From Balanoglossus misakiensis (taxonomy: Eukaryota; Animalia; Hemichordata), in assembly GCA_040954595.2 (NCBI GenBank), contig CM082577.2, positions 2,666,001 through 2,730,000 on the forward strand: 64,000 nt of DNA, in the 5' to 3' direction. The position numbers and the translations under genes were made by a program. A model generated the notes under the pieces. It had not been told where the DNA came from. It made no database searches and was given only the letters and a program-made list of their open reading frames with translations. How positions within the stretch are numbered: position 1 is the stretch's first letter; every line of letters begins with the position of its first letter. This document shows, in pieces, positions 25,101-40,100 of this stretch.

Positions 25101-28100
25101 CATACATTGTTGATAAGCTGAATACTTGGCATTTGAACTTACTTTTGCCAGTAGAACAAGAAACTACTGAGCTTTCTTTCTTTATAGCTAAATTACAAAC
25201 CCGCTGAAAGAACTGAAAACCCAAGTTCACCAAAAAAACAACAACATGCAGCTAACTCAAAGTGTTTTACAGTAATTGGTCCACAGACGAAGACATTGAA
25301 GTAATCATCAAAAGTTGCCGCTACACTAAAATTAATCTATACGCAGAATGAGTACATTAAAATAGAATAGAATAGAATAGACTTTTCTTGAGATCACAGC
25401 AGTCGGTTTAAAGCGAGGTCACTCTTTTGTGCACCCCTTTGAAGGCAAACGAAGTGGTTCCGTCCTAATGAATATTATGATTGGCCAGGCGCCTTTACAC
25501 ATCAATTGGCCACACACCGATTGTGGATATTTTGATTCCATTCACTCAGTCAGTGTTGACAGTGGAGTATAGTAAAGTGGACTGTCGTGGCTCCTCGAAT
25601 GTACTACAGGAATCAAGAACAAACATCGTTGGCAATGCCTTCTCTAATGCGCTCGGCTCGGTCATAAGGCCAACACCACAGCCCCAGACACCGTCTTGGA
25701 CTTTGGGAACTTCCAGGACCCTTCACTCGGAGATTCTGCATACGATTCCCTTTTCCGGAGACTCTTGTGTACACTCAGATGTGCATGTGGGGGGTTTAAC
25801 GTTCGCTGTGATTGGTGAAAAATAATTAATTGGCTGCTAGCTGGTCTGAAGATGTCGCTTATGATGAAGAGTTTCATAATCGACAAGTACTTCGAAGAAA
25901 TGAAGCGCTCGACAACTGCAGACAACCAAGGTAAAAAAAGATTAGCTTTTAAATTGCATTTCCAGATTAGGAACTTCAGTCAGCCAGTGTTAGTAACAGT
26001 ATGACAAGCTTTAATTGTTGTTTTCTCATTGTATACTGAGCTAACACCACTTTCTCTTTTCACGCTTTTGTGGTGCCAGTGCTTTTGAGTGCGGCGATCT
26101 TACAATTCCACAAGCGAGGTCCCAGTCGTTCCGGTAATTGTCGCGGTGTGTCATGCACAATTGATCGTTATGTTCGGCCCTTCATGAACTGAAGTGCGCG
26201 AGCCAGGCCTTCCTGGTAGTGGTGGTGGTGGCGGAGTGGTTGTGCAAAGATGACCATGATGTCGCTGAAATTCTTTAAACAACTTGCGACATCACCCCAC
26301 TCAGAAAATGGCCATTGGTGTCTGCATCTGTGTCCCTCCCCTCTGTCACAATTTATCACTTCTTTTCTTTTCATAAAACCTGTGTAATTATATAACACCT
26401 GTATGTCAGACAAAAATTTGGTTAGAATTGTCACTTTTGATTTCATAGGCTTTTGAACCCTAATACTGGAGGAAGGTCTATTAGTTGTCGCCTATGCGAC
26501 AGAAGTTGTAGTGGCTGTGTTTCAGATGTCATTGAGTCTTGCTTTGTGTGTTATAAAGCAACATTTGTGACGCTTGCACTCTTTTGTGAATCACGTTCTG
26601 TCTTTGACGTTGGCCTTTGCCTGGCATTGACCTTTTTTCTTCAAAGAAGTTAGAAACTTCAAACAGATCTACCGGTGTCCGACGGAAACACCTAGTGAGA
26701 CCAGACTGAAGATTTGATGTCTCTACTCTGTGCTCCTGTCGTTGTTTCTTTAGTGAAGTGACTTTGTTTTTGCGATCGCTTATAATAGCCAGTATGAAAT
26801 CAGCTTTGTCTTTACTGACTAGACTCCAGCTACATTGTATACACATTTGACCAATTGTTGATCAAAAACTCACAACTAGAAACTCAGCCCTGCTGAAATC
26901 AGTTTGCCCAGACACCCTGGCAAAAGTTCCACTCCAGTCTCAGCTCTTAAATAGGTGACTATTCAGTTCAGGTTGATAGCTTTGCAACTAATGAGTCGTA
27001 TCCTTGTAACCGATACAGATACCCGGCAATTGAATTTTAAAATCATTTTTGGCGGCTGCTTTTTAAAAAAAGTTGCCAACAATTCTCAGGTCAACCTTCG
27101 GATGCATTGACCCACATCCATCCCCCACCAAGACATGTATTGCCAAGATCCAAGATCACAACAACCGTGCAAACTTGTAAAGAAAGCCTGCGCCCCACTG
27201 GGACGTGTCTGATTCACCAAATTACTCACTTGTCCACTCCCAAGGGTGCAGTGATGCATTCTTGGATTGTCCCCTCTCTTTCCGACCAGTTTTACCACCG
27301 CATGGATATATTGACCTGTGCCCGTTTCATCACTTTTTTCAGAGACTTTTTTGGCTTTGAAGTGTAGAATGAACAGTGTGTGGGTTTGCTGTATGGCGTT
27401 ACACACGTTCACTCCCTGATTGTAGTTTTTAGGCCCATGGGTCTCATTATACAAGCACGGTCTAATACCTGTAACTGGGCTGTACCTGTAGCTCGTGGCT
27501 GGGAAGACAACATTATCTACATGTATCTCTGCTTCACCAGTAATCCCCGGCCAGAGGGGTCATCAACATCCCTACATTGTGTAAAAGTCACACATAATTG
27601 TTCTGTATTTTTTATGTGCTCATGAACCAGCATCAGTATAACCCCAACTGCTAGCTGAAGGTGCAATACTATTATCCCCTGATGTATAGCACAGCCAGGA
27701 TAATGATTTAGTGACCTCATATTCATTGGACAACTCCCCTCCATTGTCTGTGGATTGTTTGTATTTCTCCTTTGTTTCACCCCAGGATTACTTTTACAGC
27801 CCTGTTCACTGAATCTGACCATGGTCCTGCTGATGGACCATTGTCTTGCGGACAAGGTGCTAAAATTGACAAGTGTATGTTGGATGTTTCTGAAGGCTTC
27901 CTGTTGTCATTGACATTAAAATGAAAAGGCCAAATCCCTCTTTCCAAAGTGAATGCACGTAATCTTCCTGTAGCTGTCTTTTCTGATAGAATGACTTTCG
28001 CTTTCCCTTTCTGCTGACATGTACAGTTTAGGGGTACACCACATATCGCAGAAAAAACTCCAACCGTTCTAGTTCATGTAGTCTGCATCTTTCCGGAATG

Positions 28101-31100
28101 TTAATCAACTCGAACCAAACCATCAAGAGACATTATTCTCTTCCATGCACATGATTATCACTGATGGCATTATATGCATGGAGCTACATGTAGCTCCATG
28201 GCATATGGCATCCCAGAATCTGATGAAAATCAACACATGCGTCTGTGAAGTTCAGATCATTGTTGTTTTAGTATTAAATAACAAGCACTTGAAAATGATA
28301 AAAACAAACAAGTATCAATTATTACAGCTGTTCTGAGGAAGACCCATGATGTAGTATCAAAAACAGTTGAGGTTACAAACAAAACATGATCATGAAAGTT
28401 AACAAAAATTCTCAATTTCAAGTTCATGAGGCCAACATTCCACTAGTAGTAACAACAAACTCCGAATGACAGTGGTATGCCATAGACTCGTCTTGTGACA
28501 TTGTGTTTCTCCTGTCTCCATCTGTGCCTCATTCATCGTCCCTGCCTCTTATCATGGTTCCAGCCCTCTTGTTTCTTTCCCCGTCGCCACTGTAAACACA
28601 CTTGAACCAATTCCACATCACTTGCCGTCCCACTATTTCCCACATCCCCCCAGAACATCGATAACACTCGAAAACAATCACCAGCGCCCTTCACTGGTTC
28701 TACCGCGTTAGCAAGCGACAATAACACTCGAACTATTTTTTTTTTACCAGACTGTCTGTCATTTTCCATCATCGGAGGATAAATGAATTGTTGATACTCC
28801 CCCAGTGCGTCGTAGTATTAAGGGTCATTTTAATTCTTTGAGTTGATTGATTGATTAGGGAGCTTGAAAGTGAAAGCTTGCATACTGCCGTGATGGAGGA
28901 CCCGGGTTCTTCACTGGATGACTTCCAGGTCGCCGTTACAAAATGAAAAAACTCTTTTGAACGTGTCACGTACGTGATTGATCGTGTACATACATCGTGT
29001 GCATAATGCTTCTTTGGCTGGCTGTGGGGAAAGTGATACAGCCCTGTGGAACTTGTTGATTTATGTTCACGTCAATGTGATTTCCTTGACGATGTCATAT
29101 TAAATGATCTCTCGAAGTCAGGGAAGACTAATAGTCTAGTATCTAGCCGTGTGTTAATGTCCAATCTGAATTCTGGTGACCCATCTAAATTTTACTTTCC
29201 GGCCCAAGGATTGAACGTACAGCAATGGCATGGGTGGTACATGCGTACATGTACTGTCAAGCAAGTCAGATGTGTCATCATGGTATATGTCATATCATTG
29301 ACTAACTCAGCTGAAGACCCTCCAGTGTTTAATTGTTAGAGTGCAATAAATGAATGTTGCCAGATGATAAAGGACAAGCATCTAATTCTGCCTTGAAGTT
29401 TGATAGTTTTACAACCTGGGTCTCGTTAACTTTCAGTTTCAGACGCAGACTGGGAAAAGGGACAATTTACTAAATCCTTTGAGAGTCGATGACCTCTCCT
29501 TTTCCATATTTTCAGCAGCTGTTAATTCCCAAACTGTACTATTAGCAAGAAAGCTGAGACCGTAACACAGGCAGTGATTCCCTGGACTGGGAGTCACGCT
29601 GACAAAACTAGTCCCCGGAAAAGTCTGCCTGAGGCTCTACCGTACTTGTAAATAAAGGTTTGTGAATGCGACGTTGATCTGGGCTGTGTATAGGACGTTA
29701 TACTTCACAGTTCACCGCAAGACTCACCGCAACACACACAGCAGTGTGCAGTCTTTTTTGTTCAGGACTAATCAGATGAAAAGTTGGACGGCTATGCCCT
29801 CAGAGGAGGGACTAATTCATCTTTTCTCCGGTGTAAACCTTTTTCTGTTTCTTCCGTCCGGGAATCCAATGGACGGATAAGAGTTCTTAAGAGTGTAACG
29901 CCATTGTTGAATCGGTGATAATACGTGTCAGACAACGAGAATACGAATGTAGGTTGCTTCAAGTCCCTTCTTTGCGTACAACTGTCATCATCCGGTTGAC
30001 AGTTGAGTCCCACTCACTGTGGATAACCCCATTCTGCGAGTTTCAAATGAAAAGTGAGGATGATCCAGGCCAGCGATTTGTGGGTGTGGATGCCATTGAT
30101 AAGCACGATAGCCTCTGGCAGAATGTCACTTGAAACCTTCAATTTTGGGATGAGTGCCTGCTGGTGTTTTTTTGTTCCGTGTCTCTGGAATTGTTAACAT
30201 CTGCTGTAACTCGAACTAGGTTAAATTTCTTTCAAGCGACAGTAGCTGCAACTGTTGATAATATTTCCAGTATTTTTTATTCACTACACAGTTTCTTGTT
30301 CTGCACCCTACAACATGTTGATATGTCCAGTATTGAGCATGTCATCACAGAATATATACATACATAAACCAGCATAAAGATTGGTGTCATTCCTCAAATA
30401 TCCATTTGCAAGCATTCATTTTCCATTTCTAATGTGTCGTATACAAACTGTACACACAAAGAATGATGTGATGTCGTCACGTTGAAGTGTGATCATTAAT
30501 TATAGTCAATAATTTAGATTAGATTTTGCTGAGTCTATATTTGATAAAAAAAGCAGGGTCTTCACTCATGGTTTGGTTTTTGATCAAATAACCTGCGAAG
30601 TTTGGTGATTACTTGTATGTGATTGAGGTTTCATTATGATTTTGAAGACGCTTGTAACATTTGCATATTGATCTTAGGACTGAAATTGTCAATTATGTTG
30701 AAAGTTTTACGCTAGTAGTCCTGCTGCCAGCTACAACCAGCAACCAGACACAGTGGCGCATCCACAGTTTTGTGAACAGAAGTTTTGCCCGCAGCCACAA
30801 TAGTGTGTATGAAAAACTGTGAGTCTGAAATAAACTGCAGTACTGAAAAATCATAAACCACCAGAAATACGAGTCTTTTGAGTTGATACTAAAAATAAAG
30901 TTGAAGCTATCGATTGCGTAAACGGAATACAATCGTTAGGTTGTTACAAATTAATGCATTTCAAAACCTACGCCTGTAAGACCCATCAACATAATTTTTA
31001 CGAGTAATCATAGCACAGTCACTATCGTATAATCATTCATTATTCAAAAGATTTTATAGCAGTGTACATGTAATACAAGCATTTAAGAGAGGAATCTGGT

Positions 31101-34100
31101 CCTCATCACATTCTGTCCACTTGTTGTAAATTGACACATGCTGATCTCAATGGCCTTGGTGTCAACTTTGCCTGCTGCCAACATCTGCAGTGCTGCCCAT
31201 TTTTCAAGCCATAACTTTTCATTATTGGCAAGATACCTTGTCTGCCTTTTGCAAGAGCGTCCAACATCATCATCTGCACAGTCAAGCCCTCATAAAATTT
31301 GAATGGAGTGTACACTTCCCAAGAAGTGTTTACTAATTTTTGGCACAACGTAATTTAGGGGTATAGTAAAATATAAAGGAAAATAACAAAAGTGGTACAG
31401 AAATAGCAAAAGGGGTCAAAAGATGGAGAGTGGCTGACTGAACTTGTGACCTCCCGTTTGTGTGCCTTGGGACCATGCCCGTAATCTTTGTGTAATCTCC
31501 ACAACTTGGGCGGTAAATTTCTGTACAACTGGACCAATGTGAAACTTTTGCTGATGCGTGAAACATTACATCTCAGTTTAATTCAGTGTAAAATTTTGGA
31601 AGTACAGAAGCTGATAGAATGGTTCTACCAGGCTGCCCAGTGAGTGTTTCCACAAGTTGACCATGTGGCAGAGGCTATCATCGCCGGCCAATTAGAGCCG
31701 ATCTTATCTTAGTGGGGGCCAGACACTGAGAAAGCACCACCCATCAGGAGAAGTGTTTGCTGTGTCAACAAGACCCTCTTCATATCACATCAGAAGTGGG
31801 TTCTACCTATTGACTCAGCTCATTAACACCTCATAAAAATCATCTGCTGATAAGCTTTTTTTTGATGTCAATTCCCAAGCAACAGTCTTGTGTGTTTAAG
31901 TCTGGGGGTCATTTCAGGTTGAAGAGGTCACGGTGGGGTCATTTCACTAGAGAGCTGGGTTGAAAGATCTTGCACAGATCCCAACTTTCTCGATGAAATG
32001 CTGTTTATAATAATGGAGGCTTTTTCAGGTTTCATCAAAATGAACAGATAATAATTATAATTTATAATTATCTATTCTGGTCAATGTTCAGTAATCAGGT
32101 CAATACCTCAAGTGAGTAATGGAGTTATAACAACAAACACACTCCTGAGTAATGTTGATTTAATGCATAGGGGGAAATAAATCTGGCTCAAATTGTTGAT
32201 TTACAAAGAAAAACAACTTAGTCAGTGTTTGCCTTGAATTCTTGGAAGCATTAAATTTTGTTTTCTGAAAGGGAAAAAAGACGAGTTTGTGGCAACTTTG
32301 GCGTGAAAAACTTCTGTGTGAATTCTCTGCAGCCAAGTTTGACATGAGACATATGTCTTTCAACAGAGCAATTGTAAGTGTTTCCTGAACGCTGCGAGAG
32401 CATCTCGTTCGAATTCCACTCCGCGATTCAAAAGATGTTGAAAATTTCGTCTGCCCAGACGGAAATTTACTGCTTCCTGGATTAAAAGAGTTTTTAGAAG
32501 TTGATACAAATTTTTGCGGTTTTCACATCTGCCGTTGTTGACTGGGGCTCTGATCTCTGTACTATTGATAGTATTTGAAAGGGTAGTGAACTTGGATACC
32601 TGTACTTTTGTCTGTCTGCTTTTCTTCTCTAATAATAGATCAACCAATAGCAAAACAGCGTAAATTTAGAAAATTCCACTCTTAATTAAACAAAGTCCTC
32701 GTTCAATTACCGAGAAATACCTATATTTGTATTTTCTGACCCCCACACCACCCGCCGGTCTTCACATCTGATTGATTCCGGCCTCCCACGGCTCGCTCCC
32801 TTCTTTGATACTGCTCCCGTGGGGTTTGTTTATACTGCCAAGTCCATTTGGTCATCGGCCGGTCTGTGAATAAAAAGTTTACTCTGTAACATACCTTGGT
32901 GCGGTCTTTGTCGGTGCCTCGGTTATGTTTGTCTGATCTGCGGTGGCTTGTTGCGAGGTGAAAGACTGATTCGTAGAGCAATGTGTGGTGTGTATGCTCC
33001 TTTGTGATACCTAAGGAGTAGCTACGTTTGGTGTTTAGAGAGAGCTCAGGTAAATATTTGATCCGGGTTTATTTTGAAAAATAAATGTCGGATGGGGGTT
33101 CCGAAATTTTTTGGTCCATGGAGAGTGTCGCATGAAAGGCGCTGAGTTACGCGACATTACATTGTTTGGAGTGAATTGACAGTCGTGTACAAGTTCAGTG
33201 TTTGTATGGAAAGACACACGCCCTTGCACCTGGAAAATGTTTTGGATAAATGCGCGTCGCATCTAAAAGCGATGGTTTATTTTTTGATTCAACTCGATCT
33301 GTGAAGGTGCACCCCCTCAGTGGTCATATCAAGTTTACAGTCAAATTCCACGAATGACTCGTTGTTCGGCTTGATCAAGATCAATTCTAATATTTACACA
33401 ACTGTTCCCCAGTGGTCCGAAGGCCCGAGATCATTCAAGATGAGAGGACCATCGTACACCTATCAGACCTGATCTCTGGGCAATTCAAAATAGCTTCGAG
33501 CTGCGTCGATGCAGAAGAAACTGGTGTGTAGTGACATCCGCTCAAGTCAGATTGAGGTCTCATGCCACGCTTGATAGCACCCATTGTTTTGTATACTATG
33601 AGCCAGTGTTATCTTTTGACAGGTCTGTCCTTTCCTTTGTAAATAGCTTTGAGATATGTTTGATGATGATTTTAATCACTAGCTGCCGGGACGCATACAT
33701 GCAGTTTGTCCTTGAGCAGTGTGAAAACATCTCTGAGCTCAACATATCAAATCCCCTACGGTGAATTTGGAACATTTTTACATGACCGACCGAAAGTGAA
33801 TTCTTAGACCACTATATTTGCTGCAGGAACCGTCAAAATAATACAGACAGTATTTATTCTCACAGAATGGTTCACAAAAAAACACTTTTAGGAGTCATTT
33901 TTGTGGCGTGTCTTTTGATCTGACGTTTTGGTGGGAGTGGGCAGTCTTTCTCCTTTGACGACCATAAAACGACTACATGTATCGACATTCACTGGCATTG
34001 TCCGCCTGACAATAAATGAAGTGTTTTTCCAGGGGCTTGGAAGATGACCAAGATCTATTAGGAAACAAATCCCACTGTGTGGAACTGCTGGCAATGAAAA

Positions 34101-37100
34101 GCGCGCTGTATTAAATTTACAGCCACTGTTGCATTTGCTCTGTACAAAGAACACATTTTACCGTCAACCTGGTCTTTTATCCTCGCCATTTTGTATAAAT
34201 TTGATGTTTTTTCTCACGTCGCACAATGGAGGCCTTTTCATTGCAAGGCTGCTCAGTGGTGCCATTGACGTCGTTCACATCCCAAGTCGCCCTTTGAAAA
34301 AGTTGACCAAATAAAGTTAACTCATCTTTGTGGTGTGTCAACACAGGTTTTCAGGATGGTCATTGTGATGCGTTCTGCTGTGTTTGTAAAGAAACCTGGA
34401 GGATGTTGAGTCAAGAAGTGCGTGCGTCACATTCTTCGATGTAGTCAGCTGTGTTCGGAAAACAATGCCTGGACTAAATGCACATATTGAACACCCTCTC
34501 TGCTGAGTGACATGAAATCTATGGCTCAGTGATGCCTCTATGCATAGAAAGTGCGGCCATCCTAACTTTTGACATAGCAGAGTTTGTGTACGGCCTGAGA
34601 AGCTCTGTTCATGTGTGCATGTCACCCAAGTTGTCATTTTAAAAGAAGATTATAAAACCCTTAGTGATCCAAGCGCTTGAAATGTTTAGGGGTAATATTT
34701 ACAATGGCAGTCTTTAGCATGTAAATGGAACTGCTTTTGTGTGCTTGGGTTATAAATAACGTTTGACGCATTGAAACCGTGTGGTACCTTTCGCGTTTCG
34801 AGCTGTCTTTAATTTCAAATCGCCTTTCAGGTGAGGATAACGGTGGCAGTCAGGGGGAAAATGACGCAGAATGGACGGGGTTTTTTTGTCTCTCCTGTCA
34901 GTTTAGTTTGTCAGCGTCGCTGTGAGAAAGTCATTTTGCGTCGGGCGCATTCTGGTGGTGATGACAACTTCAGTGCTGACTCATCTGTGATGTCTCAATC
35001 ATTTGCTTCCAGTGGAGCATTCTGCACACTCGCAGCGCTTGTGCAAGTACTGCTGCAGAATACACTGCATCACTCGTGAATATACTGTAAAAGGCGAAAT
35101 TTTCGCGACAGGATATTTTCACAGCCCTTGGTGAAACTAGGAACTGAACATCCCTGCAGTTATAATTGCAGTTTGAAATGCGATATCTAATGTCATCCAT
35201 GATGCATCGCTTATCATATAATCCGATCGCCCGTTTGGAGGAAGATTAGTCGCGAGCCTGATGCACTATTCATCATCTCCCCCAAATAAATTGATGCTTA
35301 AATGTGAAAATTGATATCACTTTATAATCCTGTTGTTCTGACACATCATCATCCTAAATATAGCCGAACGCCAATGGTATGAAATTTAATCAGAGCATTA
35401 ATTTCATCTCCTCCAGCCTTGTCTATTTTTTCTAAAGCATTTTAAATGTCACAAGATGTCCACTGATGTGGTGCGCATGAAATGTTGAAGCTAAAGGTAG
35501 TCCACTATTTTAATACGTCTAACACAATGTTAGCTGAGCATACGGATTAGCTGTAATGTTTATACACACGAAAAATAATTTCATGCACTTAAGACGATCA
35601 TCATAGCTAGAATGAGAACTTGAAGTCCAGGTATAAAGTGTCAATAAGACTAGAGACAGTATGATAATGATTTAGAACATTCTGTACATCAACATTTGAA
35701 GTCTGCAACTTGGCTTGTTTATTCACTGGAGTGGACGATTTCAACTTCACTGCACAAACAACTGTCAGTGATCAAGATTTACACTGACACTCCTTGGCAC
35801 GGTTTACAGTTGCAGGTCCAGTTTCAAAGTCAACCATGGCAAATATTTCAAAGTTGATGGGGGCTAGCATGGGCCGGTCGGCACGTAGAAATTCCTGCTG
35901 CGTTCGGCCAATAGGTGACTGAGGTTTATCGGAAGTTTCAAAAGTTGTATCAAATTCAGTGCTTGTTATTCGTTTGTCATCTTGCTGATGCCCAAATTTG
36001 AAATAGGTGTCGACATCTTCATGACCTTGCCACCTACAAAGATTAAATAAGTATGACACTGCACAGACACGAGCAGTGATGTTGACAACCGACTTTGAAA
36101 ATGCAATAATTGCTGAAACTGTAATAGTATAGAGGTTAGCAATGCCTGGAAATTCCCCAATATTTTGTTACATTTGATACCGCCATTCGGTGTTGCCTCT
36201 TATTTATTTATTCACCAAATTCTCATCATCCTGTGGGCATCTGCAGTCCTGTCAATCAAACAATCAAATAAATAGTCAGTCACATTGAGCTGTTGTGTTT
36301 AAGACCATATACACTGTTTTTGATTGGCTGCGTGAGGTACAAGTAAACCAATTACGTTGCAAGAGAACGACAGGAAAACATATGCAATAAGCTCACTCTG
36401 TTATAAGCTCTCTGATTGGATGGAGATGTGAGAAATTCATTTGCATACATGCAAGGGGGAAAGATAAGGCACTATAGAAAAGAAAAGATGGAGTTGTCCA
36501 AAAGTTGCATGTGGTACATGTGTCTCTAGCCCTGATGTCACAGTTTCAATTCAGCAACAGATGGAAAAGAGTTCTTCACATTGAAGCCGATTATTCCATC
36601 AATCAAACTGAAAAGCCGTGAATAAATAAACAGAAGAGCACAGCCGTGTATAAACTTGGTTTTTCCTCTCCAGACTGTATCATAAATTCCCAACCTCCCG
36701 GAACAAATATCGTGTGACCGGGGAGAATGTTTTTTAAATTTAACATCAACATTCGGTATGCGAATGTTTCCTTCCCAGACGGTGAGACCGGGTATTATCA
36801 TTACGCCCCTGCAACCCTTCGATAGTAGGGCGCAACCTCCAACTCACCTCTGACCCTACGGGCCCAGTGACTGACCCGCACCACATGCTAATTTTAATGA
36901 AAGGTCCAGGACCTCCTTAGGGTAGAGAGTACGACCCTAAATCAGAAACAGCGCTTAGTAGCTCAATACTCTTGTGTCGATCTACAACACGGAAGACAGA
37001 TACATAACGGATCTTACAAAGTACCGTTTTTGTGGTGCTCTTTTCCTCATTGGATATGGCTTCTTCTGACGCAGCTAACCGTCGCAAAGCGTGTAAGTAA

Positions 37101-40100
37101 GAATGTCTGACTTGGCCTCTGATGTGAAGTTTAATCTTTAAAATTCCACCAAACATCTTCAGATAAACTCTATATTTTATTTTTTCATGATATGCTTTGG
37201 AGTGTATAAATGTTTACAAGCTTGCTTTTAAATATAGACTTTCAACTTAAGGCATTGTTTGTGATACGAAGGATAGACTAAAACTATAACAGTAACATCT
37301 GTGACTGGATAAAGTAAATGTATCCTTTCTGTAACATTCAACTGAAAAGCATGTTTGAAAATTTATATCTGCACAGGTTTTGCTAGGATGCAGTTTCCTC
37401 ATTTTTTCGATGGAAGATGAATTCTCAACAGAACAGGTTCACAGCCTCAGTTGTTGCTGGCAAGTGAGTGACAGCCTGTCAATCAAATTGATTTTGATTG
37501 ACAGGTAGTAACACACTGCAGGCTTTTGTTCTGTCTTCTGGGTAACAGAACACTTCCAGAAAGTTTCTCATATCAGTTCTTGGCCACTGGCAACACCTGT
37601 TTCGGAGGTTTACGCTTCATAAATATTTATCTTGGCCCAACGTAAACAACAACAAAAGGCGGCTGTCATTTATGTTGTGTCTGTCCGTTATTATCATGAC
37701 TCTTCACAGCCGAGTGCAATCGACGGAAATAATTTATCACAAAACAAAATTACTCTGACTCTATATCTACCAACTGTAGTTTAATCTCAAATTGCAAAGA
37801 TCAAATTTCAGCTACCCTAAAATAAAAAATAGCTTGATTTGACAACCGTATTGATTTTTTATCTGTAGGGTAACTGACGCAGATAATGTTGGACAGCTGG
37901 CTACTCCCCCCTCCTTGACTTACAGAAAAGCTGTTCTCGTGAACCGAAGGAATGCGCAAACCTTACTCCTGTCAATTTCTTCTCTGACTGATCCCACGAA
38001 AACACCCCAGACGGGGCACTTTACCCCCACTCAAGCAGCCATTCAGCTCAACTTTTGACAAATTCCTTCAGACCTTAAATCTGAGTTTGTTTTTATTTAA
38101 CACCTGCAGAAAAGACTGCTTTCAGGTGCCTCCTATCCCCGACGCTTTCAAAAGCCCGGCTTCCATTTTGTCGGGCGATAACATCAAATCACAACAGTCG
38201 TGTCTCTGCTGGTGGAGGCAGCCTGGCACCAAGAAAGTTGCCAGGGAGACTTCTCAGAGTTTGGGTCAATACCGGGGTATCCATGCGACTTTTGTGCCAC
38301 TAATGGGGCCCAGATTTCTTTTCCCTGCGACAGATGTGTATTCATACAGCACTGTTGTGATTTCCTCCAATTTGTGTTTCCAGGGGCAGTAGTGAACACA
38401 CACACACACACACACACAGTTACTCCCTCGCAAAGTGCAATCATTCAGTAAGATAATGCCAGAAGTCTTTAAGGGTTGGGTTACGTGGCGATGACGGAGA
38501 CCTCTGCCTGCCCACACTGCTTGAACTGAAACACAGTGAGCTGAAATTGTTGTGCAGCGCCTGTCTTCTGGTGGTACTTTTTGCACTAGTCTAGTACTTA
38601 TCTCTAGAAGATGAATTGAATATGAAATTAGCAGACATTTCATTTTCCTAGTACCAACTGGTCCAGAGTCTAGACATATTATATCTAGAAGTGGAGGATC
38701 AAGAGTAAACGACTATAGACTTCAATTTGTACCAGTGTCAAGAGAAAACGGAGCCATGACTTAATTGTAACCATGGAAACCGATCTGGTTTCATCCTCCA
38801 GGATTTCAAATACCGTCAACAAAGGCATGCATATATACAAACAACAGTGACTGTTAAAGTCAGACTCATAAACAGCGAACCACTGATACATAAACTTTCC
38901 AACTTCATTGGCGTGATCACTCATCTGGATCAATTTAAGTGCACGCTCTAAAGTCTAAGTATAGAAACACATGAGAAGTTCAAGGTTACTATCCGACTGG
39001 CCCTTTTGATACAGGATTACTTCTTTCCTTTGTGTTCATACGGAACAAAGTCTGGGATAAGAGAGAGTGAGAGTCCATCTAGGCAGCAAAAAAACAAATA
39101 TAATAAATCAGCGAATAGGGTGCTTTTTGATAATAATTATGGTATTTGATATGTGCGAGTGAATATTCCACAGTTGCGCAGGTGCTGGGAGTCTGTGAAT
39201 GTCGACTGGAAATAAAATGGCCAAATAATCAGGTCTGTTTGAAGGAGTCAGAAATGGATCCATCAGATTGTGTTACAAATGATGTGTGATATCTGAAAAT
39301 CCATCTCGGGAGGCACCCACCTCTCTGAGTCCTTTTGGGAACAAAAGCTCGGCTGTGCATCTTTAGCCACGCTTTGTTGAAACCGAATACGTAGCAGTGC
39401 ACTTGACATACTTGCTGTATATTGGGCCCTTGACTGTGAAAAAAGGGGAGTGGTCGACCCTGAACGCCAGATTTTTTCTCCATGGAAGATGAATATTGTA
39501 CGATGTCTGCCACAACCAAAATTGACCACTGAACAACCATGAAGTTCTTCCAAACATTTTAGCTTGGTGTGATGTTTTTCTGAAAGCTGCAGAAAATTTT
39601 TCCTCTCCCACAGTGTGAATGTGCAAGACAGGAATAAAATTTGATTTCAGTTTTCTTTCATAACTCATTCAGACATTTATGATAGGAAAGTAAATAATTG
39701 TTTAAAATCAAAAGTAATACTAACAGGTCAAATATTGATGAACTGCTATGCGTGCTGGGATACAAGTAGCAGCTAGCCCCTCTGTTGCCAGTTGGTTGGA
39801 TTTTGGTTGTAGCATTCCAGTCTGGAATTATTTCAAGTAGCTTTTCTTCCGCTCTTCAAGCTCTAAGTGGTCAGAAAGGCTTATTTATAGTAGACCTTGG
39901 CCTTGACAGCAACACGATCCAGTCTGGTAAACTTTCACTCCATTCATAAGATGTCAGTGTTCATTTTCCCGCCTTGACTACATCTACAGTTGTATGTCTG
40001 TACTCTCCAAAGTACACAAATGTTGAAACAAGTGTTATTTTTTACCAGTTTTTGAGATTATCGTATTCATTGTTAATTTGGACAACTGAAGTTAGGCCCA

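Noticed and set aside
34831-34879. Cassette exon (GEDNGGSQGENDAEWT) after a good acceptor
   Set aside because: The only nearby donor is weak (GTTTTT) and in the wrong phase, and the frame then reaches a stop.
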